A stretch of 64,000 nt of DNA from an uncultured Planctomycetaceae bacterium (GTDB lineage: Bacteria > Planctomycetota > Planctomycetia > Pirellulales > PALSA-1355). The stretch is taken from positions 1,824,001 to 1,888,000 of the forward strand of contig CAWAUV010000007.1 in NCBI GenBank assembly GCA_963785305.1, in the 5' to 3' direction. This document shows positions 63,549-64,000 of the stretch, one piece after another (the first letter of the stretch is position 1; every line of letters starts with the position of its first letter). The notes under the pieces are model-generated. The model did no database searches, was not told where the DNA came from, and saw only the letters and a program-made list of their open reading frames with translations. Made by a program: the position numbers and the translations under genes.

Positions 63549-64000
63549 TTCAGCCACCCCGTACCAATCAGAAGTTTCCAGGCAACTTCGATATGTTGCT
63601 TGGGGAACGAGTCCCGCTTTCGATCATTCCAGGCATGGATGAGAGCTGTCGCTTCATTCTGGATTTGTCGCAGGCGAAGGTTCATATTTAGCGACCCAAT
63701 GCACGCTGCCCAACAACTCCAGTCCATAGGCTGTCTCGAATCCCTCCATCAATTCTTCGACTCGATTGAAACGTGCCAGAGTTGCATCCCTCGAACGCTC
63801 ACGGAGGTAGCTCTCGGCTTTTTCGATGGCTCCCGGCAGCGGCTCGATAGGCTTTCCAGGTTCTTCAGAGGCATCGCCAAATCCGGTCAGGAAATGGCCC
63901 TCAATCGCATTCAGCACATGGCGCAGGTTGGTGGCGTATGGGCCGTACTTGCCTTTGACAAACTCCAGCCGAAGCGATTCACCCGCTTCCTGCATGAAGT
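63545..64000 (-). CDS. darG: C-terminal part of a DarG-like (macrodomain) antitoxin; partial at the window edge, indel near 63655
   Basis: QEAGE.LRL.F.KG.YGPYA.NL.HVL..IEGHF..G.GD, GFET.YGLELL..VHWV, WN.RK...F...HI..AW; ATGA overlap with hsdM. Confidence 0.75.

Overview
High-GC bacterial DNA with strong Planctomycetota (Pirellulales-like) signatures: a DUF1559 prepilin-type protein, a PSD1/cytochrome-c (DUF1549/DUF1553) plus DUF1501 pair, a BBP7 porin, an ECF sigma/Ser-Thr kinase pair and a secreted Calx-beta/dockerin protein. The core backbone carries dksA, hisE-hisG, dcd, nth, a pilC/gspF-like gene, tyrA-purL-purQ, a radical SAM gene, a HAD hydrolase and glcD-glcE. About 15 genes, including housekeeping ones, are split by single-base indels, most likely long-read assembly errors. 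Four accessory zones interrupt the backbone. (1) ~23.4-25.1 kb: a collapsed tRNA-Arg(TCT)-targeting island, with a tRNA 3' half, an integrase N-terminus, IS630 and a truncated Ntn-hydrolase. (2) ~46.4-52.1 kb: a REP-flanked, translationally coupled operon of a BrnT-like toxin, an antitoxin-N-terminus/YeeB-like helicase fusion and a YeeC-like GIY-YIG nuclease with no methyltransferase, next to an internally deleted IS66 and a DUF2513 gene. This is the best candidate for an undescribed defence module. (3) ~55.1-59.1 kb: an orphan Rhs module with a PD-(D/E)xK-like toxin tip and immunity gene, followed by Rhs debris. (4) ~62-64 kb: darG-hsdM, with a GTAG-type REP doublet inserted in frame in hsdM. 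No rRNA, intact tRNA or CRISPR array was seen. All family assignments are from motif recognition; no database searches were run.
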